Below, one piece after another: positions 1-8,885 of a stretch of 37,635 nucleotides of DNA (position 1 is its first letter; each line of letters begins with the position of its first letter). The stretch comes from Candidatus Kapaibacterium sp. (GTDB lineage: Bacteria; Bacteroidota; Ignavibacteria; Kapaibacteriales; NICIL-2). The translations under genes and the position numbers were made by a program. The notes beneath the pieces are model-generated. The model searched no databases and was not told where the DNA came from. It saw nothing but the letters and a program-made list of their open reading frames with translations. The stretch spans positions 1 through 37,635 of the forward strand of contig JAEUSO010000003.1 of the NCBI GenBank assembly GCA_016788605.1. The letters are read 5' to 3'.

Positions 1-521
1 CGACGTTCGAAACCATTCAGAAAGCATTCGTCGTGGCATCGCCTCCGGCTGCAAAACCGGCAACGCCTGTAGTGGATACAACAACCCCCAAAGGACCGGA
101 GCCGCCGTCGCAAACATTCATGGCTGCACCCGGCATGGGCTTTACAATTCAGGTTCCCGATAACTTCCGCGCAAAAGGCGTGAAGGCGGCGGGCGCACTT
201 GGCGGCACGGAATACTTGGGCAGCAGGTTGGATTGCACTATCCGTGTGGATGTGCTTGATGCTTCGAAGCAACAAAACTTGGATAAAATCGCAAACGATA
301 ATAAAGCGGGTTTCGGCGGTTCATCGCCATCGTCCACCAATCTGGGCGGGGCAAAGGCAGTGGTGTTCAACTACTCGCCTGCTGCGGGAATCAGCCGCCG
401 CGTGTACCTCTGTGTGCGCGATGCCAAACTCTACCGCGTCTTCGTTACGTGGAATAATGCAGAGCAGGCAACCTATCTGCCGGTGTTCGAGAAATCCATG
501 TCGTCGTTCCAATTCAAGTAA
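1..521 (+). CDS. Hypothetical protein, 5'-truncated; Pro-rich linker plus PsbP/DUF1795-like C-terminal domain
   Basis: Frame is open back to the window start (TFETIQKAFVVASPP...). The C-terminal pattern (F-x-I-x-VP, LGGAKA, F..SM.SF.F) resembles the PsbP/Mog1 fold. Confidence 0.6.
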   Translation, partial: TFETIQKAFVVASPPAAKPATPVVDTTTPKGPEPPSQTFMAAPGMGFTIQVPDNFRAKGVKAAGALGGTEYLGSRLDCTIRVDVLDASKQQNLDKIANDNKAGFGGSSPSSTNLGGAKAVVFNYSPAAGISRRVYLCVRDAKLYRVFVTWNNAEQATYLPVFEKSMSSFQFK

Positions 522-561
522 TCGGTTCTCGGTGCGTTTCGGCACTTACTCTCTATCAACG

Positions 562-597
562 GGCGGATGTACGGATTATGTATGTCCGCCTTTTTTG
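562..597 (+). terminator. Intrinsic terminator
   Basis: GGCGGATGTAC/GTATGTCCGCC 11-bp stem (2 G-U) followed by T6, about 40 nt after the stop at 521. Confidence 0.75.
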
Positions 598-618
598 TAT
601 CACCACATCCGCATCATC

Positions 619-777
619 ATGAATAATCAACCCCGCATACCCCAATCGAAAAGCATACGCGAATGCCCGTACTGCCGCCATATTGGCGACGTAGTGTGGG
701 TGCACGGTCACGGACAATGCGCTAACTGTAAAATCAACATTGATGAATGCTGCCGTGGCGAGGAGTGCCGCGAATAG
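619..777 (+). CDS. 52-aa Cys/His-rich zinc-ribbon-like small protein
   Basis: ATG at 619; MNNQPRIPQSKSIRECPYCRHIGDVVWVHGHGQCANCKINIDECCRGEECRE, with CxxC...HxQCxxC...CC. The ORF-track extension from 199 overlaps the upstream gene. Confidence 0.7.
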   Translation: MNNQPRIPQSKSIRECPYCRHIGDVVWVHGHGQCANCKINIDECCRGEECRE

Positions 778-865
778 AACGGTTTCCCGTCCTCTGTGCC
801 AATCTCTTCTGCGAACTGTTTTCTGGCGAACTACCAAGTTCCTTTCTTCAACGCTTGATTAAGCG

Positions 866-1762
866 TTATGCAGCTGTATCGCTCTCTGTGCCGCTGTCTT
901 CCATCGCATCGGGAGGAATGCTAAAATCCTCCATATTAAACTCCACTGAATAGGGTTCATCCTCATCATCCATTGCGTCGCGGTATTGGAGCTTGGGTAG
1001 TTTGGTCAAACCAAGCACTTTGGCAAGCGAGGACGACTGTACGGCAACAACCTCTTGCTCTTCGTCCGCATCGGCGGGTTCGGCAGCGGCTTTGAGTACG
1101 GCATCATCGAGCATTGCGGTCGGAATGCCGGTAAGGGCGGAAACACGCGCCGGAGTTTCGCCCTGCAACCCGCGACCTTCCTTGATAATCTTTCCTGCGG
1201 CGACAAGTTCTTCGCAGGCGGCGTCAAGAATACCGTTCAGGAAGACATTGCTTTTTTCTGTCGAATACCGCTTACCTACTTCCAATGCTTCGTTGATGCT
1301 GACCTTGGTCGGAATGTCCTTACATTCAATCATCTCGGTAATGGTCATCGTCAGGATTTGCCTGTCAATGAGTGCAATGCGGTCGAGTTCCCAGTTTTTT
1401 GCAAGCCGTTCGATAATATCGTCGGCGATTGTAGCATACTGCGTTGTTTTATCCAGCAGTATCCGCGCAAACTCAATGTCTTTCTCGCGCCAGATAATCG
1501 GTGTGTCGGCTTCCATGTCGGCGATTTCCTCGGGGCGCAGCATCCGCTTTGGCGCACCGTTTTGCGGAGTTTCGGGGTCGTCAATGGTAAAGTCGCGGAA
1601 GAAGATATGCTCGAACATCCGCTGGCGGTTATCCTCGCCGGTGGTATATGCCACAAGCAGTTGCAGCACTTTCTCGCGCGCAAGGCGGCGGCTGCCGTCA
1701 ATTTTGCGTTTGGTGCTGAGCGGAAAGGGGTTGGCGTTCACATCAACGGGCTTTTTTTTCAT
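866..1762 (-). CDS. nusB: Transcription antitermination factor NusB with acidic C-terminal extension
   Basis: SRRLAREKVLQ, NWELDRIALIDRQIL, IPTKVSINEALEVGKRYSTEKSNVFLNGILD. Confidence 0.93.
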   Translation of the reverse strand: MKKKPVDVNANPFPLSTKRKIDGSRRLAREKVLQLLVAYTTGEDNRQRMFEHIFFRDFTIDDPETPQNGAPKRMLRPEEIADMEADTPIIWREKDIEFARILLDKTTQYATIADDIIERLAKNWELDRIALIDRQILTMTITEMIECKDIPTKVSINEALEVGKRYSTEKSNVFLNGILDAACEELVAAGKIIKEGRGLQGETPARVSALTGIPTAMLDDAVLKAAAEPADADEEQEVVAVQSSSLAKVLGLTKLPKLQYRDAMDDEDEPYSVEFNMEDFSIPPDAMEDSGTESDTAA

Positions 1763-1859
1763 AGAACCGACTTAAGGTAATAGCGTCTGTAAATCGTGTG
1801 TTGTTGATACCGGATTGTATATCTGATGATTACTCTGAAGCAAGTGGTTGTGCGCTGCG

Positions 1860-2945
1860 TCAGTTACCGCCACGGATGTTCGGCACACCCATGTAATTGC
1901 CGTGGATATGGCGCACGGCTGCTATGCGCTCTTCCGCAATTTTGTTCGAGGCAGCCACCGTCAGGATGTTCTCGCGTGCGGCTGTTGCAAAGATGGTGCT
2001 TAGCGTATCGTAGATGTGTTCCACCTTGCGGGTGACTTGCTCGGTTGACCAGTTTTCGATTTCCGAACTGACGTTAATCAAGCCGCCGGCGTTAATAACG
2101 TAATCGGGTGCGTAGAGGATATTGCGTTGCTTGAGCGCTTCGCCATGTTTCTTTTCTTCCTTGAGCTGGTTGTTCGCGCCGCCCGCCACGACTGCACATT
2201 TCAACTTGCCGATTGTGTCGTCGTTGATGATTGCACCAAGCGCATTGGGCGAGAAGATATCGCAATCGAAATCATACACGGCATCGGGTGCGATATAGGT
2301 TGCGCCCGTGCTTGCACAGACCGCCCGCGCTTTGTCTTCAAAAATATCGGTGGCAAATACGGTTGCGCCTTCGTTCGAGAGATGCTGCATCACATACTTC
2401 GCCACGTTGCCGGTTCCCTGCACCACAACGCGCTTGCCCGCAAGGGAGTCGCTGCCGAACTGCACTTTTGCCGCCGCCTTCATACCCACATACACGCCAA
2501 GCGCTGTGAATGGCGAGGGGTCGCCGCTTCCGTTCGCGCCGCCAACACCGGTAACAAAGCGTGTCTCCATACGAATCCACTCCATGTCCTGAACCGATGT
2601 ACCAACGTCCTCGGCGGTGATATAGCGTCCGCGCTGCGTTTCCACGAAGCGACCGTAGGAACGGAACAACGCTTCGGTTTTCTGCGTATGCGAATCGCCG
2701 ATGATGACCGCCTTGCCGCCGCCTAAGTTCAATCCCGCAACCGCCGCCTTATAGGTCATCCCGCGCGAGAGGCGCAGTGCGTCGGTGATTGCTTCGGCAT
2801 CGCTTGCGTAGTTCCACATGCGTGTACCGCCCAACGCGGGACCAAGCGTCGTATCATGAATACCAATAATTGCGCGCAAGCCGCTTTTTGGGTCGGAGCA
2901 GAAAACAACCTGCTCGTGTCCGTACATATCAAGTTCTTGAAACAT
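1860..2945 (-). CDS. ldh: Leucine dehydrogenase (Glu/Leu/Phe/Val dehydrogenase family)
   Basis: HEQVVFC, GPALGGTRM, LSRGMTYKAA, GGGKAV, TAEDVGT, GGANNQL, APDYVINAGG. Start reassigned to MFQELDMY at 2945. Confidence 0.9.
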   Translation of the reverse strand: MFQELDMYGHEQVVFCSDPKSGLRAIIGIHDTTLGPALGGTRMWNYASDAEAITDALRLSRGMTYKAAVAGLNLGGGKAVIIGDSHTQKTEALFRSYGRFVETQRGRYITAEDVGTSVQDMEWIRMETRFVTGVGGANGSGDPSPFTALGVYVGMKAAAKVQFGSDSLAGKRVVVQGTGNVAKYVMQHLSNEGATVFATDIFEDKARAVCASTGATYIAPDAVYDFDCDIFSPNALGAIINDDTIGKLKCAVVAGGANNQLKEEKKHGEALKQRNILYAPDYVINAGGLINVSSEIENWSTEQVTRKVEHIYDTLSTIFATAARENILTVAASNKIAEERIAAVRHIHGNYMGVPNIRGGN

Positions 2946-3037
2946 GTCGTCGTGTGATAATAGTAATCTGGCACTGATTGCGGGGCGGGTTGTGCATCGG
3001 CGGCACGTTCCCGGCAGCCCCGTGTATTTTGAGCGCG

Positions 3038-3045
3038 CAAAAATA
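3038..3045 (-). promoter_or_regulatory. Bacteroidota-type -7 promoter box (TATTTTTG) for ldh
   Basis: TAnnTTTG consensus about 90 nt upstream of the ldh start; the same CCTATTTTTGC context occurs upstream of gcvT. Confidence 0.5.
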
Positions 3046-3172
3046 GGAGAAAAACAATATGTCCGGCGGGAAGATATTGTAATCATAACGGAAGCGTCTT
3101 CTTTCGCGGTGAGTTCCCGTCGGGTTGGCGCTCCAAGCGCGGCGGTTATAGCATGTAGATTGCCTCATCCTC

Positions 3173-3214
3173 AAACAAAAAATCCCGCCCCTGCAATGAA
3201 GCGGGAGCGGGATG
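3173..3214 (-). terminator. Intrinsic terminator of gdh
   Basis: Minus strand ATCCCGCTCCCGC-TTCATT-GCAGGGGCGGGAT then TTTTTGTTT. Confidence 0.8.
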
Positions 3215-3244
3215 AAATACGAGGTTGCTAAGCGGCTCGCCCGA

Positions 3245-4702
3245 TTAGGGGAAGATACCGAGCGACGAATATGATGTTGCGATTTTATCAATTGCCGTTA
3301 TGAAGCCCGCCGTACGCATGTCGTGTACTTTCTTGTGTGTGCGCCATGTTTCCATAATCTCGTGATACGAACCAATCATGGTGTCTTCCAAGCCGCTGTT
3401 CACAAGGTCTTCCTCGTCGGCGCCGCGACCGATGAGTTCGCGTTCCGACGGGGTAAGTGCGTGACCGGTGATGCGCTCGACTGCTGCGATAAGCGATGTA
3501 TTGGTGTTCTCCTCGAAGCGTTTGTCCATGCGCCCGAAGCGAACGTGCGAGAGATTCTTCAGCCACTCGAAGTAACTGACCACCACACCGCCCGCGTTGA
3601 TATACATGTCGGGGATGGCAAGGATGCCGCGCTTGATAAGGATTTCTTCCGCTGCTGCGGTAATCGGACCGTTTGCACCTTCGGCAATCAGCTTCGCCTT
3701 AATCTTATCGGCATTACCCTCGTTGATTTGGGATTCGAGTGCGGCGGGAACAAGAATATCGCACGGATATTCAAGCACCGAGTTGCCGTTTTTCACCGTC
3801 TTCGCTGCGGCAAAATTGGTGATGCTGCCCGTCGCCTTGCGGTGTGCGTCTAATGCAGCCACGTCAATGCCGTCTTTGTTATAGACCGCACCGTCCCACT
3901 CGATGATACCCACGATGGTTGCGCCGCCTTCTTGCAGAAACTTCGCTGCGTGGTAGCCCACGTTGCCGAACCCTTGCACAATAATCCGCTTGTCACCCAA
4001 GCCCATCGTCATGCCTAACTTCTTCATCAATGCTGTGTCATTCACCGCTTCGCGCACACCGAAATACACGCCGCGACCTGTCGCCTCGGTGCGTCCGCGA
4101 ACTCCGCCTTGGCTGACGGGCTTACCGGTAACGCAACCAAGTGCATTGATGTCGTCGGGACGGTAGGATTGATATGTGTCGGCAATCCACGCCATTTCGC
4201 GCTGACCTGAACCGTAGTCGGGAGCGGGAACGTCCACGCTTGCGCCGATGCAGTTCTTGTGGATGAGTTCCACCGTATAGCGGCGCGTGATACGCTCAAG
4301 TTCTTCGACCGATACTTTTTTAGGATTGATTTTGATTGCGCCTTTTCCGCCGCCGAAGGGAACATTCACCACGGCGCACTTGTAGGTCATCAGCGAAGCA
4401 AGGGCAATCACTTCTTCAACATCCGCATCCTCGCTGTAACGGATACCGCCTTTGCAGGGCAGTTTGTGGTGCGAGTGTTCCGCACGCCACGCACTAATCA
4501 CTTGTATCTCGCCGTTGATACGCGCAGGAAACTTGACTTCCAGCACTGTGTTACATGCCCGGATTTGTTCAAGAATGCCTGCCGGATGCGACATGTGGTT
4601 CGCCGCTTTATTGAAGTAGCGGTTCACCGATTCATTGAAGCCAGCGCCCATTCCCGCATGGGAAGAAGACGCCGCTTTTGGTTTTGCTTTCGCTTTTGCC
4701 AT
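3245..4702 (-). CDS. gdhA: Glutamate dehydrogenase, animal-GLUD-like subtype
   Basis: PCKGGIRYS, LASLMTYKCAVVNVPFGGGKG, DVPAPD, GRTEATGRG, QGFGNVG, EGANGP, NAGGVVVSYFEWLKNL. Confidence 0.92.
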   Translation of the reverse strand: MAKAKAKPKAASSSHAGMGAGFNESVNRYFNKAANHMSHPAGILEQIRACNTVLEVKFPARINGEIQVISAWRAEHSHHKLPCKGGIRYSEDADVEEVIALASLMTYKCAVVNVPFGGGKGAIKINPKKVSVEELERITRRYTVELIHKNCIGASVDVPAPDYGSGQREMAWIADTYQSYRPDDINALGCVTGKPVSQGGVRGRTEATGRGVYFGVREAVNDTALMKKLGMTMGLGDKRIIVQGFGNVGYHAAKFLQEGGATIVGIIEWDGAVYNKDGIDVAALDAHRKATGSITNFAAAKTVKNGNSVLEYPCDILVPAALESQINEGNADKIKAKLIAEGANGPITAAAEEILIKRGILAIPDMYINAGGVVVSYFEWLKNLSHVRFGRMDKRFEENTNTSLIAAVERITGHALTPSERELIGRGADEEDLVNSGLEDTMIGSYHEIMETWRTHKKVHDMRTAGFITAIDKIATSYSSLGIFP

Positions 4703-4910
4703 AGTTGAGTCCTTGAGTAAGATAGTGATGCGGCAGCGCAGCGCACTGCCAAAGAGTTATCGTGTGTTGTGTTGATGCAAACCATGCAATCCATCCGACA
4801 ACGCTTGCCGCAGCCGTATGGTTTCCCAAAAATACCATCAAGTGCAAGGGCGGCGCAAAATGTTTCGGAATGTATGCGGAGGAATGTCCGACGATGTATG
4901 GCAGCACGCC

Positions 4911-5789
4911 TTACCGGAACAGAATACCGATGCAAAGCAACACGCCAAACACCACGAGCAACTTTCCCGTACCGGCAAGGACGGCATTCAGTTCGGCACC
5001 GCTGCTTCTGCGAAGCGAGTTCCACAAACGAAGTGCGAGCGGCAGCGTCAGTAACGGCAGCAGCATAAACCATGATTGCGAGGTTGCAGCCAAGCCCGCC
5101 GCCACAACGTAGGAACAGCAAAGCAGAATGCCAAAGAGTGTTTCCGCACGCGGGCGACCTAACCGCACGGCAAGAGTCATCTTGCCAACACGGGCATCAG
5201 TTTCTCTATCGCGGATGTTGTTCACACCAAGGATATTCGCCGCAAAGAAGCCGGGTATCAGCGATGAAATCAGCACGTCGGCTCTGAACTCTTGCATCTG
5301 GGCATAATATGCCCCGCACACCGGTATAATCCCAAAAAAGAGCAAGGCGAAAACATCGCCCAATCCGCGGTAGGCAAGCGGATAGGGTCCGCTGGTGTAA
5401 GCATACGCAAAGAAGAGCGATGCACAGCCGATGGCGAAAATGACCCAGCCCGCGTGTGCCACAATCAGCATCCCCGCGCAGAAAACAACGGCGGCAAGAA
5501 GAAGCGAGGAACGCTTCATTGCTTGCGGACTGATGATGCCGCTCGAGACGGCGCGCTGCGGACCGGTGCGGTCGGGAGTATCCGCCCCGCGCTTGTAATC
5601 GCCGAGTTCGTTGGTAAAGTTGGCAAGGATTTGCAAGCCCACAGCGCAGAACAGCGTAAGCAACGCAACAGGTGTTGAATAAGGCGGCTCGGCTCCCGAA
5701 TTGCGGTACGCATACGCAAGGGCAATCAGCACGGGAACCGCACTTGCCGGAAGTGTTTTGGGGCGGGTGGCTGCAAGCCAAGCGTTCAT
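4911..5789 (-). CDS. menA: 1,4-dihydroxy-2-naphthoate polyprenyltransferase
   Basis: W..ATRPKTL, N..NELGDYKRGAD, YTSGPYPLAYRGLGD, NNIRDRETD..GKMTLAVRLG; multi-pass hydrophobic. Confidence 0.93.
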   Translation of the reverse strand: MNAWLAATRPKTLPASAVPVLIALAYAYRNSGAEPPYSTPVALLTLFCAVGLQILANFTNELGDYKRGADTPDRTGPQRAVSSGIISPQAMKRSSLLLAAVVFCAGMLIVAHAGWVIFAIGCASLFFAYAYTSGPYPLAYRGLGDVFALLFFGIIPVCGAYYAQMQEFRADVLISSLIPGFFAANILGVNNIRDRETDARVGKMTLAVRLGRPRAETLFGILLCCSYVVAAGLAATSQSWFMLLPLLTLPLALRLWNSLRRSSGAELNAVLAGTGKLLVVFGVLLCIGILFR

Positions 5790-5793
5790 GCGG

Positions 5794-7134
5794 TCAGGAT
5801 GCCGTTTGTTGTGTGCGGTTGCGGCGTTCTTCTTCGCGTTCGCGTTCGCGCTCCACTTGCTGGAAGACGCGCGTCATGGATTGCTCCACCGATACTTTCA
5901 GTTCGCGCACTTCATCGCACGACGGCACAAACTCCTGAATGAACTGCTCTAATGCGCGGCGGTTTTGCGCTATGGTTTTGTCCGCTCCGCCAAAGGTTTC
6001 CTTAAACCAGTCCACAAACGTCCGGCGCATGGGATTCTGGCTGAACTCGCCAAGCGGTTGGTCGAGCAAGCTGCGGTCGTCGCGGATGTGTTGCAGCAGC
6101 GTCTCGAAAGCAAGCAACGCGGCAATCTGCTCGAAGCCGTTCGAGGAAACAAGCGAGTTCTGCACTGTCTGAAATGCTTTTTTGTAGAGCGCGATGTCTT
6201 CGGGCACGCCAACGGTGGCAAAGATGAAGTAGAGTTTGCTGATGTCCTCGTGCGTGACGTTGGTTCGCGCCCGCAATACCGCCAATGCCCGCAGCAGGTC
6301 GAGCGACTTTGCCTGTGTGCGCGGTGATATGTAGAAGTCCGTGTACTGCGCGGTGGACTGCCCTTTGTGCGATTCGCGGAGTGCGCGGTTGCGAAGGAAC
6401 TCGAAGTGGCGGATAACGAGGTTGGTGAAGTACAGGTCTTCGGGCTTGATATTGATGGAGTACCCTGCGTCGTAGCCGGTAATAATGCCGTGCATCATTT
6501 TCAGTTCGGTGAAGGGAATCTTGGCGGGCGGCTCAATCGTCCTGCCGCCGTGCTGCATATACTTTTGTGCGATACGGTATTGGTTGAACGGCTCTTTGTC
6601 GGGCAGGATAAGTGCTTTGTACATGAAGCGGTCGAGCAATGCCTCGGTTACTTCGCTGACGCGCAGGTAGTTGGTGGCGGCAATCACTGTGTGGAGTTCC
6701 GAGGGTTCGTTTTGCACACCGCGAATAAGCCGGCGTTCATTGAGCAGCGAGAGCAGTGCGCGGAGCGTGAAGTCGTTTGCATCGAAAATCTCGTCAATGA
6801 ATCCGAACTCGCTTTCCACGAGCGAGCCGGTGGTGTTGTGGCGGATGATGCCGGACTTGAGTTCCTCGATGTTCAATCCGCCGAAGTAGGTATCGGGCTG
6901 CTGCTCTTTGCTTGCTTGCACGCGGAAGATTTTCGCGCCCGAAAACATCCCGAATATCTGCTCGGCAAGAAGTGTCTTTCCCACACCGGTGCGGCTTTGC
7001 AGCAGCACGTGCTCGCCCGTAAGCAGCGCGCAAAACGCTTGTTCAATCACCTCTTCGCGGTTAATCACCCGCTGACCGATGAATGCAGCGGCATTCTTCA
7101 ACTTCATCGCTATTTCTTCGATGGACATCCCCAT
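5794..7134 (-). CDS. MoxR-family AAA+ ATPase, RavA-like
   Basis: GEHVLLQSRTGVGKT (Walker A), FIDEIF (Walker B), LLSLLNER, AATN, EALLDRF, ISPR. Confidence 0.8.
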   Translation of the reverse strand: MGMSIEEIAMKLKNAAAFIGQRVINREEVIEQAFCALLTGEHVLLQSRTGVGKTLLAEQIFGMFSGAKIFRVQASKEQQPDTYFGGLNIEELKSGIIRHNTTGSLVESEFGFIDEIFDANDFTLRALLSLLNERRLIRGVQNEPSELHTVIAATNYLRVSEVTEALLDRFMYKALILPDKEPFNQYRIAQKYMQHGGRTIEPPAKIPFTELKMMHGIITGYDAGYSINIKPEDLYFTNLVIRHFEFLRNRALRESHKGQSTAQYTDFYISPRTQAKSLDLLRALAVLRARTNVTHEDISKLYFIFATVGVPEDIALYKKAFQTVQNSLVSSNGFEQIAALLAFETLLQHIRDDRSLLDQPLGEFSQNPMRRTFVDWFKETFGGADKTIAQNRRALEQFIQEFVPSCDEVRELKVSVEQSMTRVFQQVEREREREEERRNRTQQTAS

Positions 7135-7234
7135 TGGCGCGTTCCCTTCCTGATGTTTGACCTGTTTTTCGTTGATGATGAAAAATACAACGCGCCGGAA
7201 AACAGGGACGAAAAATAGTTGGGGTGCGGGGAAT

Positions 7235-7282
7235 AAAAAGAACGGCGGCGTTCCCTAATCATGGAGTACCGCTGTTTTTTTT
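7235..7282. terminator. Probable bidirectional terminator hairpin
   Basis: A5 - AACGGCGGCGTTCC / GGAGTACCGCTGTT - T tract, 15 nt past the stop of 7297-8748. Confidence 0.55.
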
Positions 7283-7296
7283 GCATCACGTGAACT

Positions 7297-8748
7297 CTAT
7301 CGGGAAATAATGACGGGAATACTATGCTGCTGCTCAGCATCACGCAGTTGAAGAATATAGACACCGTTCGGAAGACCACTGACATTCACAGGTACTGTGT
7401 TCCATCCCGATCCAAATCCTGCAAGTGCTGAACTGAAATCACTCACCGGCTCACCCATGATTGAAAACAATCGAAGCCCCACAGCACTACGAACTGATGA
7501 TTCACTCAAATACAATCTCACATTCATTCTATCGGTTATCGGTATCGGTGAAACGCTTGATACCCATACTGTGGCGGCAATGTTTAATCGGCTTGGTACT
7601 TCCGGCTCTACGCTGGTAATTGTATCTGGTGATAATGTGTAAAAACCATAGCCATCCTGTCCAACCCCGCTTTGAAGTGATGTATAATACACTGAACGAA
7701 TCTCATTTGGAATCGGTTGGTTAATTGGTATCATCGGTTGTTGGATTAACCAGCGCCATTCTTCTCCTTGGTTAGTGCTAACCATAGCAGTACCGTCGCG
7801 TAAATTGAGAAAGCATGTATCCTTGTTTAATAACTGAATACTATGTAATCCTACGGCATTTTTTTCTTTACCAAGTATCTCGGCAACATACCATGATAGT
7901 CCACCGTCGGTGGTTCTTAGTATAGCAAACTGTTGTTTATCCATTAAATATGCAGATGCGATACCAATCTTCGTTGAGCAAAAGAGTAAATCATAAACCC
8001 AACAGAGATTGGATGTTTCACCTTCATATCCTTTCACCGTACACCCAAGCGTATCCCATGTAGCACCCGTATTCGTTGTTCTGAAAAATCGCAACTCGGG
8101 GGCAGAGGTGTTCCAATCGGTCATACCGCGAACATAAATGGTGGTGCTGTCAAGACAGTATGCCTTGTAAAATCCTTTACGGTTTGTTTGCGTACTGTCA
8201 TAGTGCCGGTTGATAATTGTTCGCCATGACCTTCCTGAGTCATTCGTGTAATACACAGTTAGCCTATATGCAGAACCAACAGCACCATACTTAGCATTAT
8301 ACATCGAAAAATTATACAATGAATACGTAGAGTCTACTACACAGGTATCAAATGTTTTGCCATTATCAATACTTCGGTACATACGATGATATGAAATAGC
8401 AAGTATCTTATTCGTATCAAAAGATCGTAGTAATCTTACAGCTATTGCATTTTTTAAACTAAATGGAAATTTCAAAGTAGCATCAGTCCATGTTAATCCA
8501 TTGTCGTCAGAATACCGTATGATATGTGAGTATATGTTTGGCGTAGTAACCATAGCTCCTGCGCTTATGATTCTCTTCCCCGACTGTGTTATGTCGTGTG
8601 TAATGTAAAAGGTGTCCGGCTGTTTCCTCATAAAATCAATCACCGGATTCTGCCATTTCCACATCATTTGGCTCTGTGCAGTTTGGGAGCATGTAAAGCT
8701 GTAGAGCAGTATTGTTATAATCAATAATATCTTATTCTTCGGTGTCAT
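7297..8748 (-). CDS. Secreted BNR/Asp-box beta-propeller protein with T9SS type-A C-terminal domain
   Basis: Signal peptide; repeats SDDNGLTW, SIDNGKTF, TNDSGRSW, TTNTGATW, TTDGGLSW, STNQGEEW; C-terminus SPIP...LPNGVYILQL...IISR. AT-rich. Confidence 0.8.
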   Translation of the reverse strand: MTPKNKILLIITILLYSFTCSQTAQSQMMWKWQNPVIDFMRKQPDTFYITHDITQSGKRIISAGAMVTTPNIYSHIIRYSDDNGLTWTDATLKFPFSLKNAIAVRLLRSFDTNKILAISYHRMYRSIDNGKTFDTCVVDSTYSLYNFSMYNAKYGAVGSAYRLTVYYTNDSGRSWRTIINRHYDSTQTNRKGFYKAYCLDSTTIYVRGMTDWNTSAPELRFFRTTNTGATWDTLGCTVKGYEGETSNLCWVYDLLFCSTKIGIASAYLMDKQQFAILRTTDGGLSWYVAEILGKEKNAVGLHSIQLLNKDTCFLNLRDGTAMVSTNQGEEWRWLIQQPMIPINQPIPNEIRSVYYTSLQSGVGQDGYGFYTLSPDTITSVEPEVPSRLNIAATVWVSSVSPIPITDRMNVRLYLSESSVRSAVGLRLFSIMGEPVSDFSSALAGFGSGWNTVPVNVSGLPNGVYILQLRDAEQQHSIPVIISR

Positions 8749-8851
8749 AGTATGTATATAGGAAAAGCATTAAATCACATGATTCGTATCTTCTGTTAGT
8801 AAAACTCATGTACGATAATGATGGGCAGAGTTTAGAGTCATACTTTGTCCA

Positions 8852-8885
8852 ATAGTAATACTGTTATCACATGCAGTATTACTAT
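8852..8885. repeat. Perfect 12-bp inverted repeat, 10-nt spacer
   Basis: ATAGTAATACTG-TTATCACATG-CAGTATTACTAT. Confidence 0.8.

Noticed and set aside
993-1780. Long + strand ORFs over nusB, and similar ones at 6367-7218, 9058-9900, 12329-13303, 17600-18391, 31096-31953
   Set aside because: Antisense shadows of well-supported genes in GC-rich DNA; no recognisable motifs.
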